A DNA stretch of 64,000 bases from Anthoceros angustus (lineage: Eukaryota; Plantae; Anthocerotophyta). The DNA is taken from assembly GCA_010909165.1 (NCBI GenBank), contig MU008181.1, positions 434,001-498,000 of the forward strand. The letters are read 5' to 3'. The notes beneath the pieces are model-generated. The model did not search any database and was not told the origin of the DNA. It worked only from the letters and a program-made list of their open reading frames with translations. A program made the position numbers and the translations under genes. Shown one piece after another: positions 10,147 to 22,152 of this stretch (the stretch's first letter is position 1; each line of letters begins with the position of its first letter).

Positions 10147-13100
10147 GATACCCGATGGCCATTAAGGCAAATACGGTCTGCACACCCGTGCGGACGCGCA
10201 ACCCGATGTACTGCGCAACCCGATGAACCGGCTTCATATCGACATACACGACATAGCAGCAACATCAGTTTATGGTTCCGTCGCATACTCGGGTTTTTGC
10301 ACCCGTTCTCTGTACCTGCATTTCCATACCCGGCTTTCCATACCCGGGATGAAAGAATTCCAAACCCGTCGGTTTGAAGTCCAGGTTTCAAATCAGGTTT
10401 TCAAAGCTATGCACTTCTCGTCGCGGTGAACCGATCTGAAAAGAAAGCGGTGCAGATGCGACAAGACGCCTAATCTGCTGCCCGGTGCAGATGCGGAGAC
10501 CAGGCCTAAAACCATGTTCATGAGAGACCACCTGGATTCACCGCGCATGTAGATCAGTACCTCGCAGTGAGTGTAGAAACTCGCATCTCACGTCCTCTTG
10601 TTAGTTTTGAGAGACTGTTCCTTCACACGATACTGTTCCTTCAATTGCAGGACTCATATGTGTTCATCTCCTTGTTGATGTTCCTCTTCTGTGACAGGTG
10701 AAGAAGAGGACCTCGAATGACAACACTTACAGATCTGGCTCACATGTTTCAATTGCAGGACTCATTTGTGTTCATCTCCTTGTTGATGTTCCTCTTCTGT
10801 GACAGGTGAAGAAGAGGACTTCGAATGACAACACTTACAGATCTGGCTCACATGTTTCAATTGCAGGACTTATTTGTGTTCATCTCCTTGTTGATGTTCC
10901 TCTTCTGTGACAGGTGAAGAAGAGGACCTCGAATGACAACACTTACAGATTTGGCTCACATGTTTCAATTGCAGGACTTATTTGTGTTCATCTCCTGGTT
11001 GATGTTCCTCTTCTGTGATAGGTGAAGGAGAGGACCTCGAATGACAACACTTACAGATCTGGCTCACATGTGATGCAATACGCGGACAAATTATCTCTCT
11101 TCTTAGGCTATGACCCTCTGAATGCGAACGCCAGCAGGCCTACCTTGTTGGACATGGGCATTTTGGGAACAATCTGCCTGCTGGGGAGTCACTGGCTGTG
11201 AATCAACGTCATGCTGATCTGCTTCTGCAGAAGCATGTTCGATCGACATGATCGGTGGTGGTAGGGAATGGGCACCTCTTACAACAGGCTTTAGTGCTTA
11301 AGTTTCCTCACCGGGTTTGGAGGAGTTGCTGTACATAGTGCATGCTGCTGGCATTGAGCCGAATTCTCACCTTCTAAAACCAGAAGAGTGGATTCTGACC
11401 TTCTAAGACGAAAAGCGTAATTGACCCGATCAAAACTGAGTGCTATCTGCTATCTCCTCTCAGCACCCTACAAAAGTAGATTGGTCAGCTTCTAAAACCA
11501 AAAGCCTATTTCAGCTCATCAATCCACCCTTTATCAACTGCCTATGTTCCACTTCACCGTCTTTTTCTTCTTACACACAACTTCCTCCAAACCAACATAT
11601 CGTTTCAGTCTGTTCGTGCCCTCATTCTCAACAAAAGTTTCCAACACTTGTTTCCGTTGAGGTTCTTCGTCTGCCTGTGCTACTAATTGTCTCAGCTTCT
11701 GTTGAGTTTGCTCCATAATGCAGGCTATCCCAAAAGCTAAATCTGAACGCTCAAATGCGGTATCACATACTTCAAAGACATGCCGTTTAATAAAATCCAA
11801 CCGTTTTCTTTTGCCATCTCCAATTTTGTCTTACATATTGGTGCCACCAAGGGTTACTAGGCAACACAATGTGTGGAGCTTCTTGATTCGCATCCAAAAG
11901 CCATAGCCAAGTTGTTGGTATCACTACTTTCGAACATACGCTCCATTTGTTCTTCCATTTTGCCTAGCTGCTGCTGCACCATCCTTGTGTATGCCAAGGA
12001 GTTGTTGAACTTTCACCACATGCTTGCAGATGAAACCTTTGTTCCCCATTGGACATGAGCATGTAGCCCAAGGAGAATAAACATGTTCAATCACATACCA
12101 CAAGTTAGGGGTCGATGAAGACAAACAATGTGCAACAACATTTTCGCATGCGGTAAAATAAGCGAGCTAATAGGAATAGTTTCGCACCCTTCATAGCGGT
12201 TTCCTCCAAAGCCTCCAGCTTCTTGTTATGCTATCCCCTTCTTGTGAAGTCGGTACCAATAATGTCGGGCAACCACATTCACTAATTGGTGTAGTAACCG
12301 TCTAGTCTACGGCCAGCAAACTTGACTTGCTAAATCACGTTCTTTTATAAATCTATGGAATCCTTCCACTGAAGTTGTATGTTGCCCGCATGAGGCAACA
12401 TTCTAGCATTACACAACCACATATCTATAGTCTCTCCCATTGGACCTTCATATATCTCACAAAGTCTCCTTCACTTGTTCCCCACTTGTCATAAAAATTG
12501 TGTAGCATACTTCTTCCTATGGAAACACACCGTGAAGATGTGCTTGCCTGACATACATAATATCCCTAGCTCGCCCATATTGAAATTCGATTACTTTGTG
12601 AGTGCACTTTCTTCAATAAATTCGCTCCACGCTTTCCGCACATGCCACAAGCATAATAATATAGGCATATTATGATTCCACATCGAGCGAATAGCGTAAA
12701 TCGCCGACAATCATCAACAAGGAATGAACTAGGTGTCCAATCCTTGTTGATCTTTTCAACCTTCTTCCAGAACTGAAAGCCACGACAAGTGACTCGAGTA
12801 GCATCTTTTGTAATAGCCCATGCTATCGAACACCGCTCAAGTAATGGTCAAAACCCATCACGTGAATAAGTGGTAGCGATACTGCTCAACCCAAAAGTTG
12901 CATCCATAGCTAGCACATTACCATTCCCATAAAGCAACATGCAATTTAACATAAAAGGAGTTTGAATACCCAAAAGCGAAAGGTTGATTCTCGCTTGATT
13001 GGTGGAAGACTATAGACGATTTTGCTCCAACCACGTGACACCGATGTGGCATCATCCGGCTAGCTTCCATTCACCAACTTCAACTTGTGTAAGATATTGA

Positions 13101-14322
13101 GAACATCATATCTTTGCATATAATCATCTCTTACTAGTTTATATACCTCTCGATTGTTGATTCGAGCATACAATGCATCTTGATGCCGACGCATTATTTC
13201 ATCAACAGAACTTTGCAATATAGGCAATGCCCGATCCAATCCTTCTTTTCTTGTGAAAGCCATGCTCGACATCACGGGTAAGCCTTCGACGTGCCCATGA
13301 CATATAGCATTTGAAAGGTCGATGCCTATGTTCAAAAGACCAATCTCAAGAACCTTAGGCCACGGAGAAGTTTCTTCACCCTAAAATTTGCTTGGCAACC
13401 ATGCTTGACACTCTCTCCACGGAGGACCTTACATTTAGTCAGATTAGCACCACGTGACACTCCCACCTCCTTTTGGCGAAAGTCTTCCGGCCGTAAGAAC
13501 ACCAATACCGCAAGCCACCTCACAATGTTAATGCCTCCTAAGTAATAAAACAATTTACATACTTCAAACCTTCTTACCTAACATATGATGCAGTATGCAC
13601 TTTTTGATCGTAGGCGAGGTAAACTCCCCGGCCCCTTAGAATCCTTCTTGTAGAAGTTCGTAGGATGGGAACTTATAGCACTCATTCCCCAATAAAGTCT
13701 CCCACTCTAGAAAAGAGTATGTGAGCCACCTTCACATGTTTTTGCTGCCGGTGCCCTAGAATGGTCATATTGAGAAGAAACCCGCTTTAGGTCAAGATGG
13801 TTAAATAACCCTAATTTAGGAAGCGCACCACAAAAGGTGTGTTAGTTGGTAACTCTTCTAAGTTAATACAAGAACTCAAATCCATATTATTATTCAGAAA
13901 TCACATTCCCCTATCCCAAAGAGAAAAAACCTTAACCCTAACCCTAATCTCAACCTTTAACCAAAATCCCTATCCCTAATCATAAGAGCGCTTGAAAACA
14001 AAGATTGAACATGCCGCTCTAAACTCGCATCTCATGCTATGCAAATGACGGGAGTTCACATACCATAAGCTTGTGAGCCAGGGTGCACTTTGGAGCCTTA
14101 AACAAGTATTATTAGTAACGTGTAAGCGGGTAGGGACGAGCGGCTTTCTCATGTCCCGTGTTGGTGGTATGTAGCGCACGGGCGTCAAAACTTTTGGCCA
14201 CCGGTTCGGATTATGCATGACTCACCATAGCATGGTGAGGGGCAAGCACATACATAGGTACATGTCGTGGCCGTGGAGGGCCGTGCGGACACACGTGCCG
14301 GCCTTAATGGCCATCGGGTATC
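10147..14322 (-). mobile_element. Degenerate Mutator-like (MULE) DNA transposon with SWIM zinc finger
   Basis: Frameshifted minus-strand fragments at about 11450-13550: SVKHGCQANFRVKKL (N-terminal Zn finger-like), VLAMDATFG and FLVDD (DDE aspartates), LLCLWHVRKAW (CxxH), ATCSCPMGNKGFICKHV (SWIM). Outer bounds are tentative, taken from a 22-bp inverted match at 10147-10168 / 14301-14322. Confidence 0.75.
10640..11071. repeat. 4 x 108-bp near-identical tandem repeat, each unit with a 9-bp inverted repeat
   Basis: Unit starts ttcaattgcagg recur at 10640, 10748, 10856 and 10964. Each unit contains tcctcttct-N11-agaagagga (last copy slightly altered). No frame stays open across the array. Confidence 0.95.
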
Positions 14323-15096
14323 CATTTGCAAGCGTGGGATCTCGTATGTATATAGATATATACATACATACATAGACTGTCATAGTTGTAAGTACGTAGT
14401 TAGCCCGTCTCCATACGTACATATTTACTTGTCTCGGTTTAGTGTACGCATACATCGTTTTTTCTCCGAAGGACGGACCCGCTACGGCCGCTTGAGATCA
14501 TTGGATATTGGATGCGGCTAAGCTAATAATTATCAGGCCATCTGAAGTCGCCTGTGGTTGCATTAGGGTAGGTACCTAGTCAATCCTCCAGTCTTCTGGA
14601 GGTTAAGTGTACCTATGTTGCACGCTAAAACAGTTTAGCGGGCGAAATGATTGCATGACGCGGGCCGGGGTTGGGCCTCGCCCGCCATCATTCCGGCGTC
14701 ATTGATTTCCCGTCATCTTCGATTGTTTATGACGTCGAAAAAATCTACCCGGTCACTACAGGTATACCGGTTCCCGGTCTTGGTAACTACCTACCTTCTC
14801 TCACTACCGTATCTTCCAACATCCATGCAACTTTTTACGGATGCGGATCTTCCGAGATCCTTGCCAAACGCGATTTCCGCCACCTTCTGATCTCGCACGG
14901 ACGCGCGTATGGACAACGTTTTTTTTACTTTCACGACCCATAAAAGGCCGTTTCACTAAATTTGAATTGCCCTGCGGCTTGACCCAGTTTGAAGTGGTTC
15001 CACCCTTCTAGGTACGTATCGTATTTATCTCTCTTATTATTGTTATATTACTTATAATCGAATAATTATCATCACAAATTCATATTATTAGAAATT

Positions 15097-18000
15097 ATGG
15101 CCGAGTCTCGTGAAGCCGTTAAGGCGGCTTCCGCCACTTCCTGGAGTCATTGCCTCTCCTTGGCGCGCTCCTCCTCTTGCTGCTTTTACAGCTCGACCAA
15201 CTTTCCGGCCATGGACCGGAGTTCCGCCTCCGCCTTCCATAGGCGGATCAGCAGCTTGTGCTCCTCCTTCAAAGCCCTCTCCTGCCCTGCCAATTTCGCC
15301 TTCAAGGCCGCCATATCCTATTCCAGCCGTCCAGGCAACTCCACTCGACGCCTAGTGTCGTCCAGCTCTCTTTCCAGCTCGGCGACGTCCTGCTCCTTGC
15401 TGCGCCGACAGTCCTCCTCTACCCTCAAGCAGAACTGGAGTCGTTCTATCTCCCGCTCGTGATCTCCTATCAGCCCTTGAAGGAGTCCATTCCGCTCTTC
15501 CACTACTCGGAGTCGCAGCTCCAAAGTCTTCTTCTGGCCCTCCAACTCTTGGCGCTCTCCTTCCGATTCCTGGAGCTGCAGCCGGAGATCCCCCAACTCC
15601 TTGGCACTCGCTTCCATCTCCTCACCACGGGCCATTTATCTGTTCCTATCCCGACGGTAGTGATCCCTGTTGGTCTCGCCCCCTTCGACTGAGCCTCCAG
15701 CGCCTGGCTCTGCTCCTATCGGGCAGTCTTTGCCAATTCTTTGGCCCTCTCCGCCTGCCGACGTGCTCCCTCTGCTTCTTCCTTGGCCACTTCCCTTCTC
15801 CGGCAGAGGTCCTCCGCCCGCGCCTGTGAGCATGCTTCAGCTGTTCGCACAGCTGGAGCACCTTGGCCCTGTCTTGCTGGGCGGACCTGGCCTCCGTTTC
15901 GGCGGTACAGCGCTTCTCTTCCTCTACTCTAGCGAGGGACTCCGCCTTCCTCTTAGCAGCCTGTGCTGCCTCCGCCTGACCCTGGAGCACCACCATTCAT
16001 CTCCGGGTGGCCTCCACTTCTTAGGTCTTCTCTGCTGTCCCGCAAAGTCCCCAGAGCATGCCGTCCATGACAGCCGCCAAAACTCGCCGTGTCTCCTCCA
16101 CGGCCACCGCTGGCAAGACCCCCAAGAAGTTTGCTGAGGGCATAGGTGTCTCCCGGTCCGTTAAGGACCGCTATACCGCCGCCCGGAGTGAGTCCAGATT
16201 AGGGACTCCGGATCTAATCAGGACCCTTAGGTCCTGTCCGTCCTGAGCCGGCGCTTCCACCTCCTTGGCTCTTTTCGCCGCTAACTCTTTCTCTGGTCGT
16301 CTTCGCTTGGGGTCCGGGGAAGGTGAGGGGGTCCGGGAGCCGGCCTGCTTTCCCCTCCGCGTAGGGGACTGGATTGGCTCGGGGTGGGGTTGCTGCCATT
16401 GACCCCCAGCGCCTTGGGCGGTGGGATTGGGCGCCCGCCTCCACGGCCTCTTCCGCCTCCCCGCCACTCCGACGGGAAAGATAAAGGCACCGGAGCTGTC
16501 CTTGGGCGGTGGGATTGGGCGCCCGCCTCTTCTTTGCTTCCCTTACGGTCCGTCGGGGCTCGGCGGCAGTCCGGAGCATGTTGCGGGCGGTGGGCGTGAC
16601 CAACTCCATCCGTTGTAGTAGCTCACAGGGATGGCATTGCAGTGGGGGAACCAAGAGGAGGGAAGCAGGAATATCCTTCCATACTTCCCTTGGAGGAGAG
16701 GGAGTCCGCTCCAGACGTATGGAGTCCGGAACTCCCTCCCAGTCTTCGTCCTTCTGGGTGTGTCTCGCCTTAGGTGGGAGGCCATTCGGTTCCTGCGCTC
16801 TTTCCTCACGTTCTGCCTCCGGTGGGGTCGCTAGCCCCTTGGGGCGCGCTCTCCTTCCGATTCCCGGAGCAACGGGAGATCCCCAACTCCTTGGCACTCG
16901 CCCATCTCCTCACCACGGCCATTTATCTGCTCCTATCCCGACGTAGTGATCCTGTTGGTCTCGCCCCTCGACCGAGCCTCCGCCTCCACGGCCTCTTCCG
17001 CCTCCACGGCCTCTTCCGCCTCTTCTTTGGCCCTCTCCGCCGACGTGCTCCTCCGCTTCTTCCTTGGCCACTCTTCTCCAGAGGTCCTCCGCCCACCTGT
17101 GAGCATGCTTTCACTGCTCGCAATGGAGCACCTTGGCCCTGTCTTCTTTGGGCGGACTGGCCTCCGTTTGGTGCATGGCTTCTTCCTCTACTCTAGCGAG
17201 GGACTCCGCCTTCCTCTTAGCACTGTCGCCTCACTGACCTCGAGCACCACCATTCATCTCGGGGTGGCCTCCACTTAGGTCTTCTCTGTCCCAAGAAAGT
17301 CCCAGCATGCCGTCCATGACCCGCCAAAACTCGCCGTGTCTCCTCCACGGCCACCGCTGGCAAGACCCCCAAGAAGTTTGCTGAGGGCATAGGTGTCTCC
17401 CGGTCCGTTAAGGACCGCTATACCGCCGCCCGGAGTGAGTCCAGATTAGGGACTCCGGATCTAATCAGGACCCTTAGGTCCCGTCTGGCCCGAGCGCTGC
17501 CCACCTCCTTGGCTCTTTCGCTAACTCTTTCTCCGGTCGTCTTGGCTTGGGGTCCGGGAAGGTGAGGGTCCGGAGCTGCTTCCTCCGTAGGGACCGGATT
17601 GGCTCGGGGTGGGGTTGCGCCATTGACCCCAGCGCCTTGGGCGGTGGGATTGGGCGCCCGCCTCCACGGCCTCTTCCGCCTCCTGCCACTCCGACGGGAA
17701 AGATAAAGGCACCGGAGCTGTCCTTGGGGCGGTGGGATTGGGCGCCTGCCTCCTCTTCTTTGCTTCCCTTCTGGTCCGTCGGGGCTCGGCGGCTTGGTCC
17801 GGAGCATGTTGCGGGGCAGCTGGGGCGACGGCCACCAACTCCATCCCCGTTGTAGTAGCTCCTGGGGATGGCTGTTCTGGTGGGGGGAACCAAGAGGAGG
17901 GAAGCAGGAATATCCTTCCATACTTCCCTTGGAGGAGAGGGAGTCCGCTCCAGACGTATGGAGTCCGGAACTCCGCCTGGCCCTTCTGGGTGTGTCTCGC

Positions 18001-19100
18001 CTTAGGTGGGAGGCCATTCGGTTCCTGCGCTCTTTCCTCACGTTCTGCCTCCAGTAGGGTCGCTAGCCCCTTCCGGAGCGCTCGTTCCTCCTCCCCTTCC
18101 TTCAGAAGGTTGAGGTGCCCCCACATATGGACAATGAACAGAGACAACGCCGACGGGGTGGCCTCTCGTTCCTCAGCTTCCTCGACTCCTGAGCAATACG
18201 GGCGAAGATGATTCGCCCCCAGTTCGCCCTCTTGCCCCTCTGAAGGGCGTGTAGGAAGACCAACAGATTGTCACCAAGGTGGTCTACCTTGGTGAGCATG
18301 TTCCAGTGGACGATAATCTTCGCCACTGCCCTCACTCGTCAGTCCAGTAGGTCCGACATGAGCCATCCGTTGGAGGACCGCTGCGTCCCCGGCCTCAGGA
18401 GTGCCACCTTAGCGGCCTCCACCTTCTCCTTCACCTTTAGGGGCTCCGGTGCTACGCATCTCCTCTACTGGACGATCATCGACCACCCTAAGGACCTCCA
18501 CAATCCACCTCCTCTGGTTCTCCCGCAAGCTCTTAGAGCGGATAGATTTGGTGGCTGCCGCCAACATCTTTCGGGCGTATTCCTGGACCAACGCCATGCT
18601 GTTAAAGGTCCATACTGCCTGGAAAATGTCTAGGTGCCATTCCTGCACCATCTCCTCCGCCTCGGCCAGCCAGGGGCCGAAATCTGGGTAGCGCCTTGTG
18701 CTGATCCGTTGCTAAGGTATGGTGGGCAAGGATACTCCTGCCAAGTTTCGAAGTAATGAACGCACTGTTCGAAGGCGAAGACCACTCGGCGCTACGCTTA
18801 GGCGTCGGAAGAGAAGGCGCCAAGGAGCGGGATGTCTGAGCGCGAGCGATTGCAGGCTTCGAGAAGGCGGTCGAGAATGGCCTTCTCTCGGTCGGGCGTC
18901 GGAAGAGAAGGCGGTCGAGAATGGCCTTCTTGGGACTCGTCCATCCCTTTTCGCCCGATCGCCAGAGTCCTGCATCGTGTACACTGACTTTACGCCGCCG
19001 CCCTTCTGGGTCGTGGTTACCTGCATAAACCGACCGTTGACAACTCTGCGGTCCTGGTCCCCTGCATGCCCATCCTCCTCTCAGCACCGTACACGTGGCC
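15097..19100 (-). mobile_element. Degenerate TE-derived ORF region resembling the extra (non gag-pol) ORF of plant LTR retrotransposons, with coiled-coil end and about 1.25-kb internal tandem duplication
   Basis: Broken minus-strand frames: VWTFNSMALVQEY..., AKIIVHWNMLTKVDHLGDNLLVFLHALQRGKRANWGRIIFARI, then a heptad-rich coiled coil (15318-15635). Blocks of about 15580-16860 and 16865-18080 are diverged copies (shared strings at 15586/16875, 16204/17452, 16709/17949). No RT or integrase seen. Confidence 0.5.
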
Positions 19101-19759
19101 CTCGTGCCTATTACGCTCCATCCCTTTTCGCAGTTACCTTCCCCATCGAACTTACGGTATTCTACTCGGTAGCCTGTTGAGTTTAGTCCGTGGTGCCTCG
19201 GAGTTTAGTCCGGGTGTCCCTCCATTCGCTAGGGGATCCACCTTGGCCGCCGTCCTCTTGTCCATTGCCATTCCCCCTATTCAACCTTATTTCCCCTTTT
19301 CCACCTTATTTTCCACACACGCACTACAGAAAACTAAAAAAATCTGCCTGTTTCCTTCCTAAGGGGGAGTCCCTAGTTCTCTCCTTGTCCACACCTACTG
19401 CGAAACACACGACTCCTACTGTGCGATTGAAGATTTTGAGCTTCTAAGGACATCGATTGTTGTAGCATTGAGGAACCACCACTTCAAGTGGTGTGCTGCT
19501 TCTTTAGCCAGCTGCTCTTGCATGCGAACTCATCTATGGCTGCATTAGGTAGGCGCGAGCTTAGAGGCTTAAAGAATTGATGGATTGTTTTGCTTTGACC
19601 AGGTCTATCCAACAAACCATGTTGATATTAAAGCGTGAATAAACATGTTGAATATTTTTGGTAGGTCAAGGGAGTATGCCAACAAGTATCACCCGAGTAT
19701 ATCTTTTTGCTTGGGTGTCCCTCCATTTCGCTAGGGGATCCCTACCCACTGAGGTAGGG

Positions 19760-20790
19760 CTGCCTTACCTTCTTTTCCTTCACTCCTCGAGGTTGGATTT
19801 CGTAGGTTTTCAAGCGTCCCTCCCAAGTGCTCACGAGGCGCATCTTCTTCTGGACTCGTCCATCCCTGTGCTGCCGTCTCGCTCTTGTAAAGGAGCAGGT
19901 TCATGGCTTCGTGCTCAGCCTTGCATCCAGGCTTTCTGAATCGCACCAACGTCTTTTTCTACTGCGATGAGTTTTCGCCAGGGCCTGGTCCAACCTTTGG
20001 CCTGCTCTCTCCCGGCTTGCAGCTGTGGGGCGCCCCTTGATGACTCAGGGATCCACCTTGCTCGCTATCTCGCGGGCGGGCAGCACATAGCTACACATCA
20101 TGTTCTCGACGCATCATCAATGCTACAAGCTGTTCGCGACGTCATGTTCTCGTTGGCTAAGGAGGGTGGCTTCTTTCCTTACAGGAAGCGCCCTTATACT
20201 TTGCCCAATAGAGTTTCCCTCCGAGCGGACCTATTTTTGGCTCGTGGGGACTAGGTTTCGGTCGCGGATGTGGTTGTCACTGACCCTACTTGGGATAGTG
20301 TCAATGAGCATGTGATCCTCAACCCTCCGGGGTGGGCGGCGGAGGAATGCACCATGGCGAAGGCTAGTAAGTACTCTCCTATGCAGCCGGGGCACATCTT
20401 CATCCCCCTCGCCATCGAGATCCATGGGGCCATGGGCAAGGCCTTTTCTAGGTTCCTTAAGGCATGTGCCTTTCATGGTTCCTTAAGGAGTGGGGTTGGG
20501 CTCCCTCTTTCCTATATCATGGTTTTCTACAAGCAACGAGTGTTCATCGCCTTGTAGCGACCTTGGCCAATGCGGCGTATAAGACGACAACAAGCGCGGG
20601 TTAGGCGGCATCTTCGACACCAATGATAGGTAGCCCTTTCCTATCCCCGATTTTGACATCCTTGGCATGTTAGATTGTTACAAGATTGGCGATAATGGGG
20701 GTTAGTCCCCCATGGTCAGGTGCCCTCCTAAGGGTTGTTCCCCTTGTCTTGGGGTTGATGAGTTTTTCCATCTCTTTTTCATAATAAAGT
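19760..20790 (+). mobile_element. 5'-truncated CRE-like non-LTR retrotransposon (Cys/His knuckle + restriction-like endonuclease), copy A
   Basis: CSCGAPLDDSGIHL...GGQHIATH (Zn knuckle remnant), SLRADLF..VADVVVTDP..KASKY..FIPLAIEIHGAMG..QRVFIAL (RLE region). Stops and frameshifts present; 3' end ...ataataaagt. Confidence 0.75.
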
Positions 20791-20841
20791 CTCTAGTTGA
20801 GACTTAAAGTAACAATTTAACAAGGTATTTAAAGTAATTAC

Positions 20842-21002
20842 TTTTGGGTGGGTCAATTGCTTTTGGGTGGGTCAATTGCTTTTGGGTGGGTCAATTGCTT
20901 TTGGGTGGGTCAATTGCCTTTGGGTGGCTCAATTGCCTTTGGGTGGCTCAATTGCCTTTGGGTGGCTCAATTGCCTTTGGGTGGCTCAATTGCCTTTGGG
21001 TG
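20842..21002. repeat. 19-bp minisatellite, about 8.5 copies (4 of variant A, then 4 of variant B)
   Basis: ttttgggtgggtcaattgc x4 (20842-20917), ctttgggtggctcaattgc x4 (20918-20993), then a partial unit. Confidence 0.95.
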
Positions 21003-21340
21003 AGGGCGTTCCACCTAGTAACGGAACTGAACTCCAGAGTCTATCCAGTATTCCTTACTTAAGGCCGGGGGTGAGAGCGTTACCGTGGCGGAACTGGGCT
21101 CCGCAATGGGAGGGGTGAGGGCGTTACAGTGACGGAACTGGACTCCGCAGTCGGGAGGGGGGGTGAGGGCGTTACAGTTACGGAGCTGGACTCCGCAGTC
21201 TTTCCAACGTAACTGGCCCTCGCATTCTTTCCAACAGAATTGGACCCCGGAGTCTGTCCAACGGAACTGGACCACGCAGTCTTTCGAACGGGACTAGGCC
21301 TCACAGTCCTTTACGAACATGCCTGGACCCCACAGTATTT
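21000..21340. repeat. Degenerate tandem repeats: about 45-60-bp units followed by about 27-bp units sharing a core acggaactggactccgcagtc
   Basis: Four gtgagggcgtt..acggaactgg..ctcc units, then five tttccaac..actgg..cagtc-like units. Confidence 0.75.
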
Positions 21341-22152
21341 CCACCTGTGGCTCCGCTGTCTGCACCTTGACTCCACATACTACAGTTGACTCGGTCTCTC
21401 TTCCTTGTTCGATTTCAGTTGGGTAGGGGCCGCGCGAACGCGAGCCCCCGCTGTCACAAATTATGACGTCTATTCTACCCGTAGGTAGATAGTGAGGCCA
21501 CCCCGGCCGCAGTGCAATGGCGAGGGTGACCTCAGGTCATCGGCCTTCTTGATCACCGATAGGCCCCGCCCAGGTAAGTATGGAACCCAGCGTACTCTGT
21601 AGGTTTATATTGGACATTTTAGCCGCTGACGAACTCGCTAGCAATATGGGTTATTAGTTTTCTCTCGCGATGTCCATACTCCCATACCTGGCTGTATAGC
21701 AAGCTGGTGGCTTTCGGAGACGACTTCAAGGTCTGACAAGCAGCCTTAGCCCCGAAGTATGTCATCATGTTGCAGGACTTGAATCGGTCTTAAATCTCTG
21801 TGGATGACAAGCGTCATGCAAAATGCATGAGTGACTCTCGGCCAATGGCCGGAGAAGTACCTGGCTTGTGGCGTGCTTGTTTGTGCGCAACTTCGAGTGT
21901 AATAACCAGATGCAGCCTCCGAGAAAGGAAATGCTCTGGCTTTGCCCACATCTGGCAGTATGCTGGATTGGAACTTGGTATAGTATCTGTTCCTGAGGTC
22001 CGCATTTGGATGGTTTGGGAGCGTGATTGGGCGACGATACAGCGTTGGGTTTCTCAATGATCGCTCTCGCATCTCTAAAAGTTTAGGGTTTGATGAGAGA
22101 TTTGGTGGTTTGGTGATTTGGTGCAGTGCGGTGTGCGGAAGGAAGGAGGGCG

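Noticed and set aside
10640-11071. CRISPR-like array (also considered for 20842-21002 and 57967-58155)
   Set aside because: Units are contiguous with no unique spacers, there are no cas genes, and the context is eukaryotic.
13925-13982. Interstitial telomeric repeat
   Set aside because: Only two or three degenerate aaccct units; more likely telo-box-like motifs in the MULE promoter region.
20844-21304. ORFs with repeated GGSIAFGW / DCGVQ motifs
   Set aside because: Translations of minisatellites.
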